Part shown: piece after piece, positions 21,009-30,138 of the stretch | Position numbering within the stretch: position 1 is the stretch's first letter | Layout: every line of letters begins with the position of its first letter | NCBI GenBank assembly: GCA_041577015.1 | Contig: JBFGJV010000003.1 | Location: forward strand, 1 to 40,528 | DNA from: Myxococcota bacterium | Lineage (GTDB): Bacteria; Myxococcota_A; UBA9160; PR03 | Direction: 5' to 3' | Length of the DNA: 40,528 bases | Translations under genes and position numbers: made by a program | The notes under the pieces: generated by a model | Told to the model about the DNA's origin: nothing | What the model saw: only the letters and a program-made list of their open reading frames with translations | Database searches by the model: none

Positions 21009-21985
21009 TCCGGCGCGTCGTCCGCTGGCTGCGCCCTCCGCGCACGCTGCGACCGACGCGAGCCGGCTGGATCTTCTTCGCCCTGACCTTCGGGGTGGGC
21101 TTCGCGGCGCTCAACACCGGCAACAACCTGCTCTACCTGGTGCTCTCGCTGATGCTGGCCTTCCTGATCCTCTCGGGCGTCCTCTCGGAGTCCGCGCTTC
21201 GAGGCGTGCGCGTGACCCGGCGCCTCCCGCAGGAGATCTTCGCCGGGGCGCCCGCACCGGTGATGCTCGCCGTCGCCAATCGCAAGCGCCGGGTGCCCGC
21301 CTATGCGCTGGTGGTGGAGGACCATGCCCGCACGCCCGGGGGATCCGAGCGCGGCGTGGGCCGCGTGTTCGTGCTGCGCGTCGGCCCGCGCCGGAGCGAC
21401 GAGGCCATCTACCGACTGTGCGAGCCACGACGGGGATCGCTCCACTTCACGCGTCTGCGCGTCTCGACGCGCTTCCCCTTCGGTCTGTTCAGCAAGTCGC
21501 GGATCCTGGAGGCGCCCGAAGACGCGTTGATCTATCCGGCCCTGGAGCCGGCTCCAGCCGCGGACGCGCGACCTGCCGCCGCGCCGGAGGACGCGAGCCG
21601 CGCCGAGCGGGGCGCCGCGGATGCCTCGGTCGCGGGCCTGCGCGACTTCGTCCCCGGCGATCCGGTGCGCCGCATCCAGTGGCGCGCGTCCCTGCGACGC
21701 GCGGCGCTGGTGGTGCGCGAGAGCGAGACCGCCTGCCGGGGCGAGGTGGAGGTGCGGCTGGCCACGGGAGACGCACGTCCCGGCCCGGCGTTCGAGCGCC
21801 GCGTGGCACGCGCGGCGCACCAGGTGGTGGAGGCGCTCCAAGCCGGCGCCCGCGTGGCGCTGCGCACCCACGGCACGCGGCTCGCGGCGGGGAGCGGCCG
21901 CGCCCAGCGTTCGCGCCTGCTTACCTTCCTGGCCGAAGTGGAGCCCGCCCCGGCCGCCCGCCGCCCGCCGCAGGGCTCGCCGTGA
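21005..21985 (+). CDS. DUF58 domain protein
   Basis: RPTRAGW, ALNTGNNLLYL, TRFPFGLF, GLRDFVPGDPVRRIQWRAS motifs. Start uncertain: CTG 21005 overlapping the moxR stop is the only plausible start upstream of the conserved N-terminus. Confidence 0.85.
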   Translation: MIRRVVRWLRPPRTLRPTRAGWIFFALTFGVGFAALNTGNNLLYLVLSLMLAFLILSGVLSESALRGVRVTRRLPQEIFAGAPAPVMLAVANRKRRVPAYALVVEDHARTPGGSERGVGRVFVLRVGPRRSDEAIYRLCEPRRGSLHFTRLRVSTRFPFGLFSKSRILEAPEDALIYPALEPAPAADARPAAAPEDASRAERGAADASVAGLRDFVPGDPVRRIQWRASLRRAALVVRESETACRGEVEVRLATGDARPGPAFERRVARAAHQVVEALQAGARVALRTHGTRLAAGSGRAQRSRLLTFLAEVEPAPAARRPPQGSP

Positions 21986-24090
21986 CTCGCCGAGCCTTCC
22001 GGGCGGAGCTGGACGCGCCGCGGCCCACGGCCGCCTGGGTGATGGCCACGGTGGCCGCGTCGACGCTCTGGCTGACGCGTCAGCTCGAGCCGCTGGCCCT
22101 GCTGGCGCAGGCGGCGGCTCTGGCGATCTCCTTCACCTACCGGCGCCAGCCGTGCGCCTGGCAGCGCAACCCCTGGGTGCTGAACCTCGGCATGTTCGTG
22201 GTCTCGGGCGTCACCATCGCTACGACCCTGCGCGGCGCGTCGTCCACGGTCGCGCTGGCGCACTTCGCCGTGCTGGCCCAGGGCCTGCAGCTGTTGGATG
22301 CTCGACCGCGGCGCTCGGAGTTCCTGCTGGTGGCGCTGGCCCTGTTCCAGGTGCTGCTGGCGGCCAACCTGACCGACAGCATCTTCTTCGTGCCACTGCT
22401 CGGTGCCTTCGTGGTCTCCACGACGTGGACGCTGATCGTGCACACGCTGCGCGCCGAGGCTCTCGAGGCCGGGGTTGCTCACGCCCTTCCCGGCGTCCTC
22501 ACGGCGGGTCTGCTGCGCACGGCCTTCCTCGCGTCCGGCGCGTCCTTCTTGCTCGGCTTCCTGCTCTTCGTGATGCTGCCGCGCCTTCAGGGAAGCGTGG
22601 TGCAGGGAGGCGGCCCGGGGGCGCCGGCGGCGGGGTTCTCGGACCGCGTGGAGCTGGGCGAGCTCGGTCGCATCCGGCGGGATGCCACCGTGGCGCTGCG
22701 CGTGGAGACGCTGGAGGGGGAGCCGCCGCCTCCCGAGGCCGCCTACTGGCGGGGCCTCGCCTTCGACCGCTTCGACGGCCGCGGCTGGTCGGTGACGCCG
22801 GCCCGGCGCTGGAACGTGCCGGGCACCGCCGAGGTGGGACTGACGCTCGAGCCGGGAGCGGGGCAGGCGAACCTCGTGCAGCGCATCGTGCGCGAGCCGG
22901 TGGCGTCGGGGGTGATCTTCGCGCCGGGGGAGCCGCGCGCCCTCCAGGGAACCCTGCGCCGTCTGGAGCGCGACGCGAACGCGGGCTTCTACGCCCCGAC
23001 CCAGGGTCACGAGCGCGTCCGCTACACGGTGCGAAGCCACGCACCCAGCTGGAGCGACGCCGAGCTGGCCCGGGACGAGGCCCGGCCGCCGCACGCAGAC
23101 GGCGTGCGCTTCCTGCAGCTCCCGCCGTTCCCGGCCACCGTGGCGCAGCTGGCCGCGCGCCTGGTGGCGGGGAAGGGCAGCGATGCGGAGCGGGCCCGCG
23201 CCATCGAGGCCTGGCTGCGCCGCACCGGGCGCTACACGGACGATCCGCCCGCGCGCTCCGCTGCGCGCTCGCCGGTGGAGGCCTTCCTGTTCGAGGAGAT
23301 GGCCGGCCACTGCGAGTACTTCGCCACGGCGATGGTGGTGCTGGCGCGCTCGGTGGGGCTTCCGGCGCGCCTCGTGAACGGATTCGCCGGTGGGCGGGAG
23401 AACGCCATCGGGGGCTTCGTCGAGCTCACGCGCTCGGACGCCCATGCCTGGGTGGAGATCCACTTCGCCGACGCCGGCTGGGTGCGCTACGACCCGACGC
23501 CGCCCGATCGGCGCCTTCGCGCGGCGGTTCCCGCACCCCTGCTGGAGCGCATCCGCCAGCTGGGGAGTGCCGTGGAGCTGTGGTGGTTCCAGCGCGTGGT
23601 GGGATTCGATCGCTCCGACCAGCTCCACGCCATGAAGTCCGCCTGGCTGGCCTGGCGTCGCGTGCGACGCCCGGACGTGGCAACGCCGGGAGACATGTTC
23701 GAGCCGGGCGAGGGCCTGCGCAGCGCGGGCGCGCAGCTCCCGCGACTGGTGGCGGGCCTCACGGGCGCTCTCGCGCTGGCAGCCGGGCTGGTGTGGTGGA
23801 CGCGGCGCAGGCACCCGGCCGCGCGACCCGCGGCGTACGGCGAGGCCCTGCGCATCCTGGCGCGCCGCGGACTGGTGCGCGCGCCGAGCGCGACGGCCAG
23901 TGCGTTCGCGCGGCGCGTGCGACCCGAGCTTCCCGACGCCGCGGCCCACGCCTTTGACGCGCTCACCGCGGCGCACCTGGCCGTGCGCTTCGGGGGGCAC
24001 CGCGCGCCTGCTTCGGGCGAGCTGCTGGCGCAGCTGCGCCGAGGCCTGCGCGGCATCCGGGCCTCACGCGCCGGCAAGTCCAACGTGTAA
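21982..24090 (+). CDS. Membrane transglutaminase-like protein (DUF3488 + transglutaminase + DUF4129; TgpA-like)
   Basis: Multi-TM N-terminus, GFSDRVELG, YWRGLAFDRFDG, catalytic GHCEYFA / HAWVE / YDPTP; GTGA overlap with the DUF58 stop. Confidence 0.92.
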   Translation: MTRRAFRAELDAPRPTAAWVMATVAASTLWLTRQLEPLALLAQAAALAISFTYRRQPCAWQRNPWVLNLGMFVVSGVTIATTLRGASSTVALAHFAVLAQGLQLLDARPRRSEFLLVALALFQVLLAANLTDSIFFVPLLGAFVVSTTWTLIVHTLRAEALEAGVAHALPGVLTAGLLRTAFLASGASFLLGFLLFVMLPRLQGSVVQGGGPGAPAAGFSDRVELGELGRIRRDATVALRVETLEGEPPPPEAAYWRGLAFDRFDGRGWSVTPARRWNVPGTAEVGLTLEPGAGQANLVQRIVREPVASGVIFAPGEPRALQGTLRRLERDANAGFYAPTQGHERVRYTVRSHAPSWSDAELARDEARPPHADGVRFLQLPPFPATVAQLAARLVAGKGSDAERARAIEAWLRRTGRYTDDPPARSAARSPVEAFLFEEMAGHCEYFATAMVVLARSVGLPARLVNGFAGGRENAIGGFVELTRSDAHAWVEIHFADAGWVRYDPTPPDRRLRAAVPAPLLERIRQLGSAVELWWFQRVVGFDRSDQLHAMKSAWLAWRRVRRPDVATPGDMFEPGEGLRSAGAQLPRLVAGLTGALALAAGLVWWTRRRHPAARPAAYGEALRILARRGLVRAPSATASAFARRVRPELPDAAAHAFDALTAAHLAVRFGGHRAPASGELLAQLRRGLRGIRASRAGKSNV

Positions 24091-24194
24091 ACGCGCGACG
24101 GAGTGACCGCCCCGGGCGGCCGGGCCGACGACGCTCGCCGCTGCGTTCAATCCCGCCGACCGGTGCGCCGATCCGCAGCCTTGAGGGGGCTTCC

Positions 24195-24920
24195 ATGAGC
24201 GCAGAAAAGAACATCCTGCTCCTCGACTCCGAGACCCGGCGCAGCCAGGCGCTGGCCGACCGGCTGTACCGGATGGGGTTCGTCGTGCGGCGGGCGAAGA
24301 CGGCCGAGGACGCCTTCCAGCTGGCCGCGGAGCGGGGCCTCCAGTTCGGCGCCGCCCTGGTGCCTCCGGATCTCCCGGTGGCGAATCTGGCCGGTGCACT
24401 GACCGCGTGCGGTCGGCGCCTGGACGACGGCTCCCTGGTCTGGCTCGTGGTGGGGCGTTCGCCCGAGCCCGAACGGATGCAGGCGCTGCGCGACGCGGGC
24501 GTGCGTCTGGCGCTCTGGGAGCCCTTCGACGATGGAGCGTTGCGCTTCCAGGTGAACCGTGCTCTCGCGGGCCTTTGTGAGATCGCGCCGCGCCGGGAGC
24601 TCCGGGTTCCGGTGGGCCTGGCCACGGAGATCCGGGCCGGCGCACGCAGGAAGGTGGCCGGCGTCTACACCCTCTCGGCCGCAGGCGCCTTCCTGGAGAC
24701 TCCGCGTCCCTCGCTGAAGGGCGCCCCGGTCTCGTTGGACCTACCGATCGGCGCCGGCATCACCGCGGAGGGGCGCGTGGTCTACACCAACGTGCCCGGG
24801 AATCTGCGCAAGCGCACCCTGCCCGTGGGCATGGCGATCGCGTTCACCGGCCTGCCGGACGAGGCGGAGCAGGTGATCCGTCGCCGCGTGGCGGAGAAGG
24901 CGCTCTCCCTGGTGCTCTGA
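24195..24920 (+). CDS. Degenerate receiver-like domain plus PilZ domain protein
   Basis: N-terminal ILLLDSE...LWEPFD resembles a receiver fold without the canonical residues; RRELR (RxxxR), TLSAAGAFLET and GRVVY...GMAIAF are typical of PilZ. Confidence 0.7.
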   Translation: MSAEKNILLLDSETRRSQALADRLYRMGFVVRRAKTAEDAFQLAAERGLQFGAALVPPDLPVANLAGALTACGRRLDDGSLVWLVVGRSPEPERMQALRDAGVRLALWEPFDDGALRFQVNRALAGLCEIAPRRELRVPVGLATEIRAGARRKVAGVYTLSAAGAFLETPRPSLKGAPVSLDLPIGAGITAEGRVVYTNVPGNLRKRTLPVGMAIAFTGLPDEAEQVIRRRVAEKALSLVL

Positions 24921-25104
24921 GCCCGCCCCCCGGCCCGGCCTCGCGATCGGCGTCTCCGCGGCGCGAGCGCTGGGCGTGCGCCCCTCGCTCCCCGACCCAT
25001 GCTTCGTCGGAGTCCGCGCCAGGCAAGATGGGGCTTGATCCCCTCGCGCCAACGGCAGTAGAGTCTCCCGGGGGCGAGGTGGACGGCCATGGGAGGCGCT
25101 GAAC

Positions 25105-25686
25105 GTGAGGCAGAAGCTGGAAGCCCTGGAGCGGACGCAGCCCGCCGTTCCTGCTGCAGAGGTCCCGCCGAGCCAGGACGGACTCGGGGGTGAGCTGGCC
25201 AAGGTGCGCGACATCCTGTTCGGGAGCCACCTCCTCGACTGCGACGGGCGCTTTGCACAGCTGCAGCAGCAGCAGGCTCGGGTTGCCGAGCTGTGCGGGG
25301 ACCTGCAGCGGCAGGTGGGGCTGCTCGAGCGGGAGCTCAAGAACGAGGTGAGCGTCCTCACCGAGCAGATGCGAGGCGAGCGGGAGCAGCGCCGGGCCAG
25401 CGTCGAGGAGGCGCTCGACAAGCTGTCCCAGCTGCGCAGCGAGCTGGACGAGCGCATCCAGCGGACCGACGCACTGGGGGAACAGGGACGTCGGGATCTC
25501 CACGACCAGATCCTCTCCCAGACCAACGCCCTGGGCGCGGCGCTGGAGAAGCGCCACGAGGAGGCGACGGAGATGATCGCGCAGGGGTTGCGGGAGCTGC
25601 GCTCCGCCAAGACGGACCGCGCCACGCTCTCCGGCCTGCTCGCCGACCTGGCGAAACGCCTGCAGGAATCCAAACAGTCGGATTGA
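25105..25686 (+). CDS. Coiled-coil hypothetical protein (VRDILFG motif)
   Basis: GGGAGG RBS before GTG; heptad-rich E/Q/L/R sequence; GC3-biased codons. Confidence 0.75.
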   Translation: MRQKLEALERTQPAVPAAEVPPSQDGLGGELAKVRDILFGSHLLDCDGRFAQLQQQQARVAELCGDLQRQVGLLERELKNEVSVLTEQMRGEREQRRASVEEALDKLSQLRSELDERIQRTDALGEQGRRDLHDQILSQTNALGAALEKRHEEATEMIAQGLRELRSAKTDRATLSGLLADLAKRLQESKQSD

Positions 25687-25731
25687 CCGCGACGCCGAGC
25701 CTGCCGCCGCTTCTGGCATTCCGGAGGTGCC

Positions 25732-26580
25732 GTGTACGAATCCTTCTTCGGCTTCACCCGGGAGCCCTTCACGATGGCTCCGGATCCCCGCTTCCTGTGG
25801 CTGTCCGAGACCCATCACGAGGGCCTCGCAGTGCTCTACTACGGCCTCACCCAGCGCAAGCCGTTCGTGCTGCTGACCGGGGAGCCGGGCAGCGGCAAGA
25901 CCACGCTTCTGCGCAGCCTGCTGGCCCAGATCCCCCAGGAGCTGGAAAGCGCCGTGATCCTGAATACGTCCGAGGCCACGCCCTTCTCGCTGCTCAAGAT
26001 GATCGCCGAGCAGTTCGGACTCCCGGTGAGCTCGAATGCGAAGGTGGACTACGTGGTGGCGATCACGCGACACCTGCACGAGGGCGTCCGCAGTGGCCGG
26101 CGCTCGGTCCTGATCGTGGACGAGGCGCAGAACCTCGACACGCCGGCTCTCGAAGAGCTGCGGCTGCTCTCCAATCTGACCACCGACACGGAGAACCTGC
26201 TGCCCATCGTCCTGACCGGGCAGCCGGAGCTACGCCGGAAGCTGGCACAGAGCCCCTTGCGCTCGCTCCGACAGCGCATCGTGGTCGAGCACCACGTCGA
26301 GCCGCTGAGCCCGCTCGAGATCGAGCCCTACCTCGCCCACCGCATCCGCGTGGTGGGAGGCTCCTACGAGGAGACCTTCGTGCCCGGAGCCGAGGACGTG
26401 TTCTTCTCGTTCTCGTCCGGCTCTCCTCGTCTGCTGAACCTGCTCGGCGACCGGTCGTTGCTGGCGGGCTTCGTTGACCACGTGCGCCCGATCCCGCGCG
26501 CGATGCTGGAGCAGAAGGCCAAGGAGCTCGATGCGGCGCGTGGCGACGAGCTCCCCGCCCGCGACGACGGGGAGTCCTGA
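25732..26580 (+). CDS. ExeA/GspA-like AAA ATPase (ATPase domain only)
   Basis: MYESFFGFTREPF..APDPRF, GEPGSGKTT, LIVDEAQNL, LEELRLLSN, LTGQPEL, LRQRI, GSPRLLN; GGAGG RBS. Confidence 0.92.
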   Translation: MYESFFGFTREPFTMAPDPRFLWLSETHHEGLAVLYYGLTQRKPFVLLTGEPGSGKTTLLRSLLAQIPQELESAVILNTSEATPFSLLKMIAEQFGLPVSSNAKVDYVVAITRHLHEGVRSGRRSVLIVDEAQNLDTPALEELRLLSNLTTDTENLLPIVLTGQPELRRKLAQSPLRSLRQRIVVEHHVEPLSPLEIEPYLAHRIRVVGGSYEETFVPGAEDVFFSFSSGSPRLLNLLGDRSLLAGFVDHVRPIPRAMLEQKAKELDAARGDELPARDDGES

Positions 26581-26581
26581 C

Positions 26582-27358
26582 TTGGGCGAGTTCGCCGACG
26601 CGCTGCGGCGAGCCAGGGTCGATCTCGAGACCCGGACCGAGGCAGGAGCGGCCAGGGAGCCCGACCTCGAGCTCGAGGAGGAGCCTTCCGGGGCGTTCGA
26701 GGATCCCGAGGCGTACCCGGCGGCGAGCGTCCCGCTCGCGCCGGGGCTCGGGGAGCGGGCGCGGGTGCTGGTCGATCGGTTCCGGGGGCGCGAGCTCGGC
26801 ATGGGCCTGGCGTTCCTGGCCACGCTGGTGCTCGCCGCACCGTTGCTCTGGGTGTCGGCGCCGCACGGCGCGTCCGCGACCAGCGTCTGGCTGCCCTCGG
26901 AAGGGAAGGAGGGCGCGGCGCCTTCCTTCGAGCAGATCGAGCGGGCGGTGAGCGAGATCCTGGCACCAGGCCGCCTGGCCCGAATCGCCGAGCGGCATGG
27001 TCTGGCCGCCACGCCAGGCGAAGCCGCGCCGGGCGGGGCCGGGGCGCGGATCCGGGCCGACCTCCGGGTGGAGCCGCGCTGGGGTCCCGACCCCGCCACC
27101 GGGGGCGAGACCTGGTGGCTCCAGATCGCATTCCGGGCCGACCGTCCCGATCGGGCCCGGGCGGTGGAGCGGGACGTCGCAGACCTCTTCGTGGGGCCGG
27201 GGCTTCGCTTTCGCCACGCACCCCCCGCAGCCGGGCCGGCGCGCTGGCCCCGCCTGGGGCTCGCCTTCCTGATCGCGCTGGCGGTGGCCGCGGCGGTGGG
27301 GCTGCGCCCCAGGCGGGGGCCAGCGGGCGTGCTCCGCGCGTCCGGCAGCGCGGGCTGA
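26582..27358 (+). CDS. Two-TM membrane protein, loosely Wzz/GumC-like topology
   Basis: TTG 26582 after GGGGAG; acidic N-terminus, TM (LGMGLAFLATLVLAAPLLWV), soluble loop, C-terminal TM (LGLAFLIALAVAAAVGL). Family assignment is by topology only. Confidence 0.6.
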   Translation: MGEFADALRRARVDLETRTEAGAAREPDLELEEEPSGAFEDPEAYPAASVPLAPGLGERARVLVDRFRGRELGMGLAFLATLVLAAPLLWVSAPHGASATSVWLPSEGKEGAAPSFEQIERAVSEILAPGRLARIAERHGLAATPGEAAPGGAGARIRADLRVEPRWGPDPATGGETWWLQIAFRADRPDRARAVERDVADLFVGPGLRFRHAPPAAGPARWPRLGLAFLIALAVAAAVGLRPRRGPAGVLRASGSAG

Positions 27359-27380
27359 GCCCGGCTAGCACTCCGCGGGC

Positions 27381-28031
27381 CTACAGCGTGGCCACGAAGG
27401 CCTCGGCCTCCTGGATCGCGTTCTGCATCTCCGCGATCAGCGCCGCCACGTCGTCCTCGATGGACTCGAGATCCCCCCGCAGCGAGGCGATCGCGCGGGC
27501 GTTCAGGTTGTGCTTCAGGAACAGCACCTGGTCCCGGAAGGCGACCAGCACGGGGTCCATGCGCGTCTCCGCGCGCTGCATGGCAGCGATCAGGTCGCCG
27601 TAGCGTGCCCGGGTCTCGCGCAGGCTCGCCTGGCTGCGCCCTCGCAGACCCGGGTTCTGGATCTCCTCGATCTCACGCTCCCACTCCGTGAAGAGATCAC
27701 CTGCCACCTCCTCGATGGAGCGGATGCGATCACGGACGGCCTGCGCCTTCTCCTCACTGTCGGCGTACGCTCCCTCGAGACGACGGTAGAGCCGCTCCAG
27801 GTCGCCGCCGTCGAACTGCGTGACCTGCTGGAACAGCTCGAAGGTGGTCTGGAACTGCTCCTGGGCTGCCCGCTGGTCCTCCTGGCTGGCCTCCACGCGC
27901 TTCGTCAAGATGTGCCGCTTTTCCCGCCCAAACGCCTCCCAGACGTCGTAGTAGACCGTGCGACACGCGAACGTGGAGCCGAGCAGGAGAACCGCGACCA
28001 CGAGACTTCGAAGCGAGACGACACGTTGCAT
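27381..28031 (-). CDS. DUF2959 family lipoprotein
   Basis: Lipobox-like STFAC, YYDVWEAFGREKRHIL, FRDQVLFLKHNLNARAI; ATG 28031 with AGGAG RBS. Confidence 0.85.
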   Translation of the reverse strand: MQRVVSLRSLVVAVLLLGSTFACRTVYYDVWEAFGREKRHILTKRVEASQEDQRAAQEQFQTTFELFQQVTQFDGGDLERLYRRLEGAYADSEEKAQAVRDRIRSIEEVAGDLFTEWEREIEEIQNPGLRGRSQASLRETRARYGDLIAAMQRAETRMDPVLVAFRDQVLFLKHNLNARAIASLRGDLESIEDDVAALIAEMQNAIQEAEAFVATL

Positions 28032-28171
28032 GCGAAGCTCCTGTGCCGGCGGACGCACAGGCTAGCAGTCGGCGTACAGGGCAGCGCGTCACGCGGCGAC
28101 TTGTTATCTTCGACGACGCGTCCTCGCGGCAATTCGCGGGCCTTGCGCACGGGCGAGCGATTGGGGGAAGC

Positions 28172-28381
28172 GTGACGCATACGGAATCCATCTCGGCGCG
28201 CATCGTGACCGGGCTCGGTGCCGGCTGGAGCTCCGCGCGCGAGCGGGCGGACTCGGAGTTCCATGCGCTGGCGGAGGGGCTCCCGGTGGGTCGCCAGGGG
28301 CCGGTGCGCTTCCGCAAGTGGCTCGGCTGGGCCCTGTTCCGGCTCGCCGCGTGGGTGAATCCCGAGGTGGCGGACTCCTAG
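28172..28381 (+). CDS. Small hypothetical protein (~69 aa)
   Basis: GGGGGAAG before GTG 28172; fills the gap between two minus-strand genes; amphipathic Trp-rich C-terminus; stop overlaps the nuclease stop (CTAG). Confidence 0.45.
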   Translation: MTHTESISARIVTGLGAGWSSARERADSEFHALAEGLPVGRQGPVRFRKWLGWALFRLAAWVNPEVADS

Positions 28382-28923
28382 GGGCTGCTCCACAGCCCGC
28401 GCGCGGCGTCCCGCGCCTCGCGCTCCGCCCGGGTGAACTGCCGGGCGAAGCGTCCTCGGCCGTAGCGCGTGTAGTACGGCGACCACCCCGAACGCACCAT
28501 CTCGACGTTCAGGTTCGTCCCGTCCGCGTAGACGTACGCCAGCAGGCGTCCGTGGTCACCGCGCTCGGGCCGCTTCGGCGATTCGAAGACCAGATATACC
28601 TCGCGTCCCTGGAGCATCTCGCGCAGGGCGCGGGTCGCCTGCGCGTGGCCGGGCTCGTTGCGCTCGGGCGTGTCCACGCGCAGCATCCGCACGCGTTCGC
28701 GCTCGGAGCCACACTGGACGTCGAGCGTGTCCCCGTCGATCACGTGGCGCACGCGGCAGGGGCCCAGGTTCGCCTGGTCGCCCTGCCCCTCCGCGGTGAA
28801 GCTGGGCGGGGGCGGTCCCAGCAGCTCTCGCAGCCAGTCACCCAGCGGCTCCCCGCCGCGGGCCAGGACCAGGGCGGCCAGGGCGAGCACGGCGATCGAC
28901 GCGGTCCGGCGCATCGAGCGCAT
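28378..28923 (-). CDS. Thermonuclease (SNase-like) family protein with N-terminal signal/anchor
   Basis: VIDGDTL, VRMLRVDTPE, GRLLAYVY, NVEMVRSG, AEREAR..RGLW motifs. Confidence 0.92.
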   Translation of the reverse strand: MRSMRRTASIAVLALAALVLARGGEPLGDWLRELLGPPPPSFTAEGQGDQANLGPCRVRHVIDGDTLDVQCGSERERVRMLRVDTPERNEPGHAQATRALREMLQGREVYLVFESPKRPERGDHGRLLAYVYADGTNLNVEMVRSGWSPYYTRYGRGRFARQFTRAEREARDAARGLWSSP

Positions 28924-30105
28924 CTAGCCTCCGGAGACCGCGACCTCGGCGGCGACCGGGGGCGGGGCGGCGTCCTCGCGCTGCTCGAGCCAGCCTTCGG
29001 GCAGCAGCACGCGCTGCCTTCCGCCGGACTTTCCTCGCGGCACGCGCAAGGCATGCCGGGGGAAGGGTTGCTCCGGGTCCAGCCGGTCCAGGATCGCCGC
29101 GAGCTCGGCGAGGGTCTCGACCCGGAACAGCCGGGCCCGCAGCGCGGCGCTGCCCCGGAAGCCCTTGGTGTACCAGCCGGCGTGCTTGCGGAAGGCGCGC
29201 ATGGCCTCGCGCTCGCCGGTCCAGCCGGCCAGCCGCTCCGCATGCTCGCGCATCACGTCGGCGATCTCGCCGAGACGCGGAGGTTCGGGAGGCTCCCGCC
29301 CCTGGAACATGTCCGCCAGGTCGCGGAACAGCCACGGGCGTCCCAGGCAGCCGCGCCCCACCACCACACCGTCGCAGCCCGTGAGCCTCATCATGCGCAG
29401 GGCGTCGTGCGCCTCCCAGACGTCCCCGTTGCCGAAGACCGGCAGCGCGCCCAGCGCCCGCTTCAGCTCGGCGATCGCCTCCCACCGGGCCTCGCCGTCG
29501 TAGAGCTGCGCTGCGGTGCGCGCGTGGAGAGCCACCGCCGCGCAGCCTTCGTCCGCGGCGACCCGGCCCGCGTCGAGGAACGTGGGATGCGCCTCGTCGA
29601 GCCCCAGGCGGAACTTGATCGTGACGGGCACGTGACCCGCGTGACGCACGGCCGAGCGCACGATGTTGCGCAGCAGGCGACGCTTCCAGGGCAGGGCGGC
29701 CCCGCCTCCCCGACGCGTGACCTTGCGCACCGGACAGCCGAAGTTCAGGTCCACGTGATCCACGCGGCCTTCCCCCACCAGCCAGGCGACCGCCCTGCCC
29801 ACGATGTCGGGATCGACGCCGTAGAGCTGGAGGCTGCGCGGCGCCTCGTCCGGGGCGAAGCCGGCCAGACGGTGGGTCTTGGCGTCGCCCTCCACGAGCC
29901 CCCGGGCGGTGATCATCTCGCTCACGTAGAGGGCGGCGCCGAAGCGCCGACACAGGGCGCGGAACGGCGCGTTGGTGACGCCGGCCATGGGGGCCAGCAC
30001 CACGGGGGGCCAGACGCGCAGGCCGCCCAGCTGCACGGGCGCGAACTCACCCGGGCGCGCAGGCGGCACGCGGCGGTTGGACTGGTCGTCGTCGCAGGGG
30101 TCCAC
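28924..30105 (-). CDS. dusB: tRNA-dihydrouridine synthase B
   Basis: LAPMAGVT, DLNFGCPVRKV, PVTIKFRLG, LHARTAAQLY, GNGD, GRGCLGRPWLF, RKHAGWY motifs; exact start uncertain. Confidence 0.92.
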   Translation of the reverse strand: MDPCDDDQSNRRVPPARPGEFAPVQLGGLRVWPPVVLAPMAGVTNAPFRALCRRFGAALYVSEMITARGLVEGDAKTHRLAGFAPDEAPRSLQLYGVDPDIVGRAVAWLVGEGRVDHVDLNFGCPVRKVTRRGGGAALPWKRRLLRNIVRSAVRHAGHVPVTIKFRLGLDEAHPTFLDAGRVAADEGCAAVALHARTAAQLYDGEARWEAIAELKRALGALPVFGNGDVWEAHDALRMMRLTGCDGVVVGRGCLGRPWLFRDLADMFQGREPPEPPRLGEIADVMREHAERLAGWTGEREAMRAFRKHAGWYTKGFRGSAALRARLFRVETLAELAAILDRLDPEQPFPRHALRVPRGKSGGRQRVLLPEGWLEQREDAAPPPVAAEVAVSGG

Positions 30106-30138
30106 GGTCTGGGAGGGTAGGGCGCCCAGCGATTCCCA

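Noticed and set aside
20007-24090. MoxR-DUF58-transglutaminase trio as a novel system
   Set aside because: Widespread, previously described gene arrangement.
28378-28923. Nuclease as an anti-phage defence or toxin gene
   Set aside because: Ordinary signal-bearing SNase-like protein; no defence partners, immunity gene or mobile context seen.
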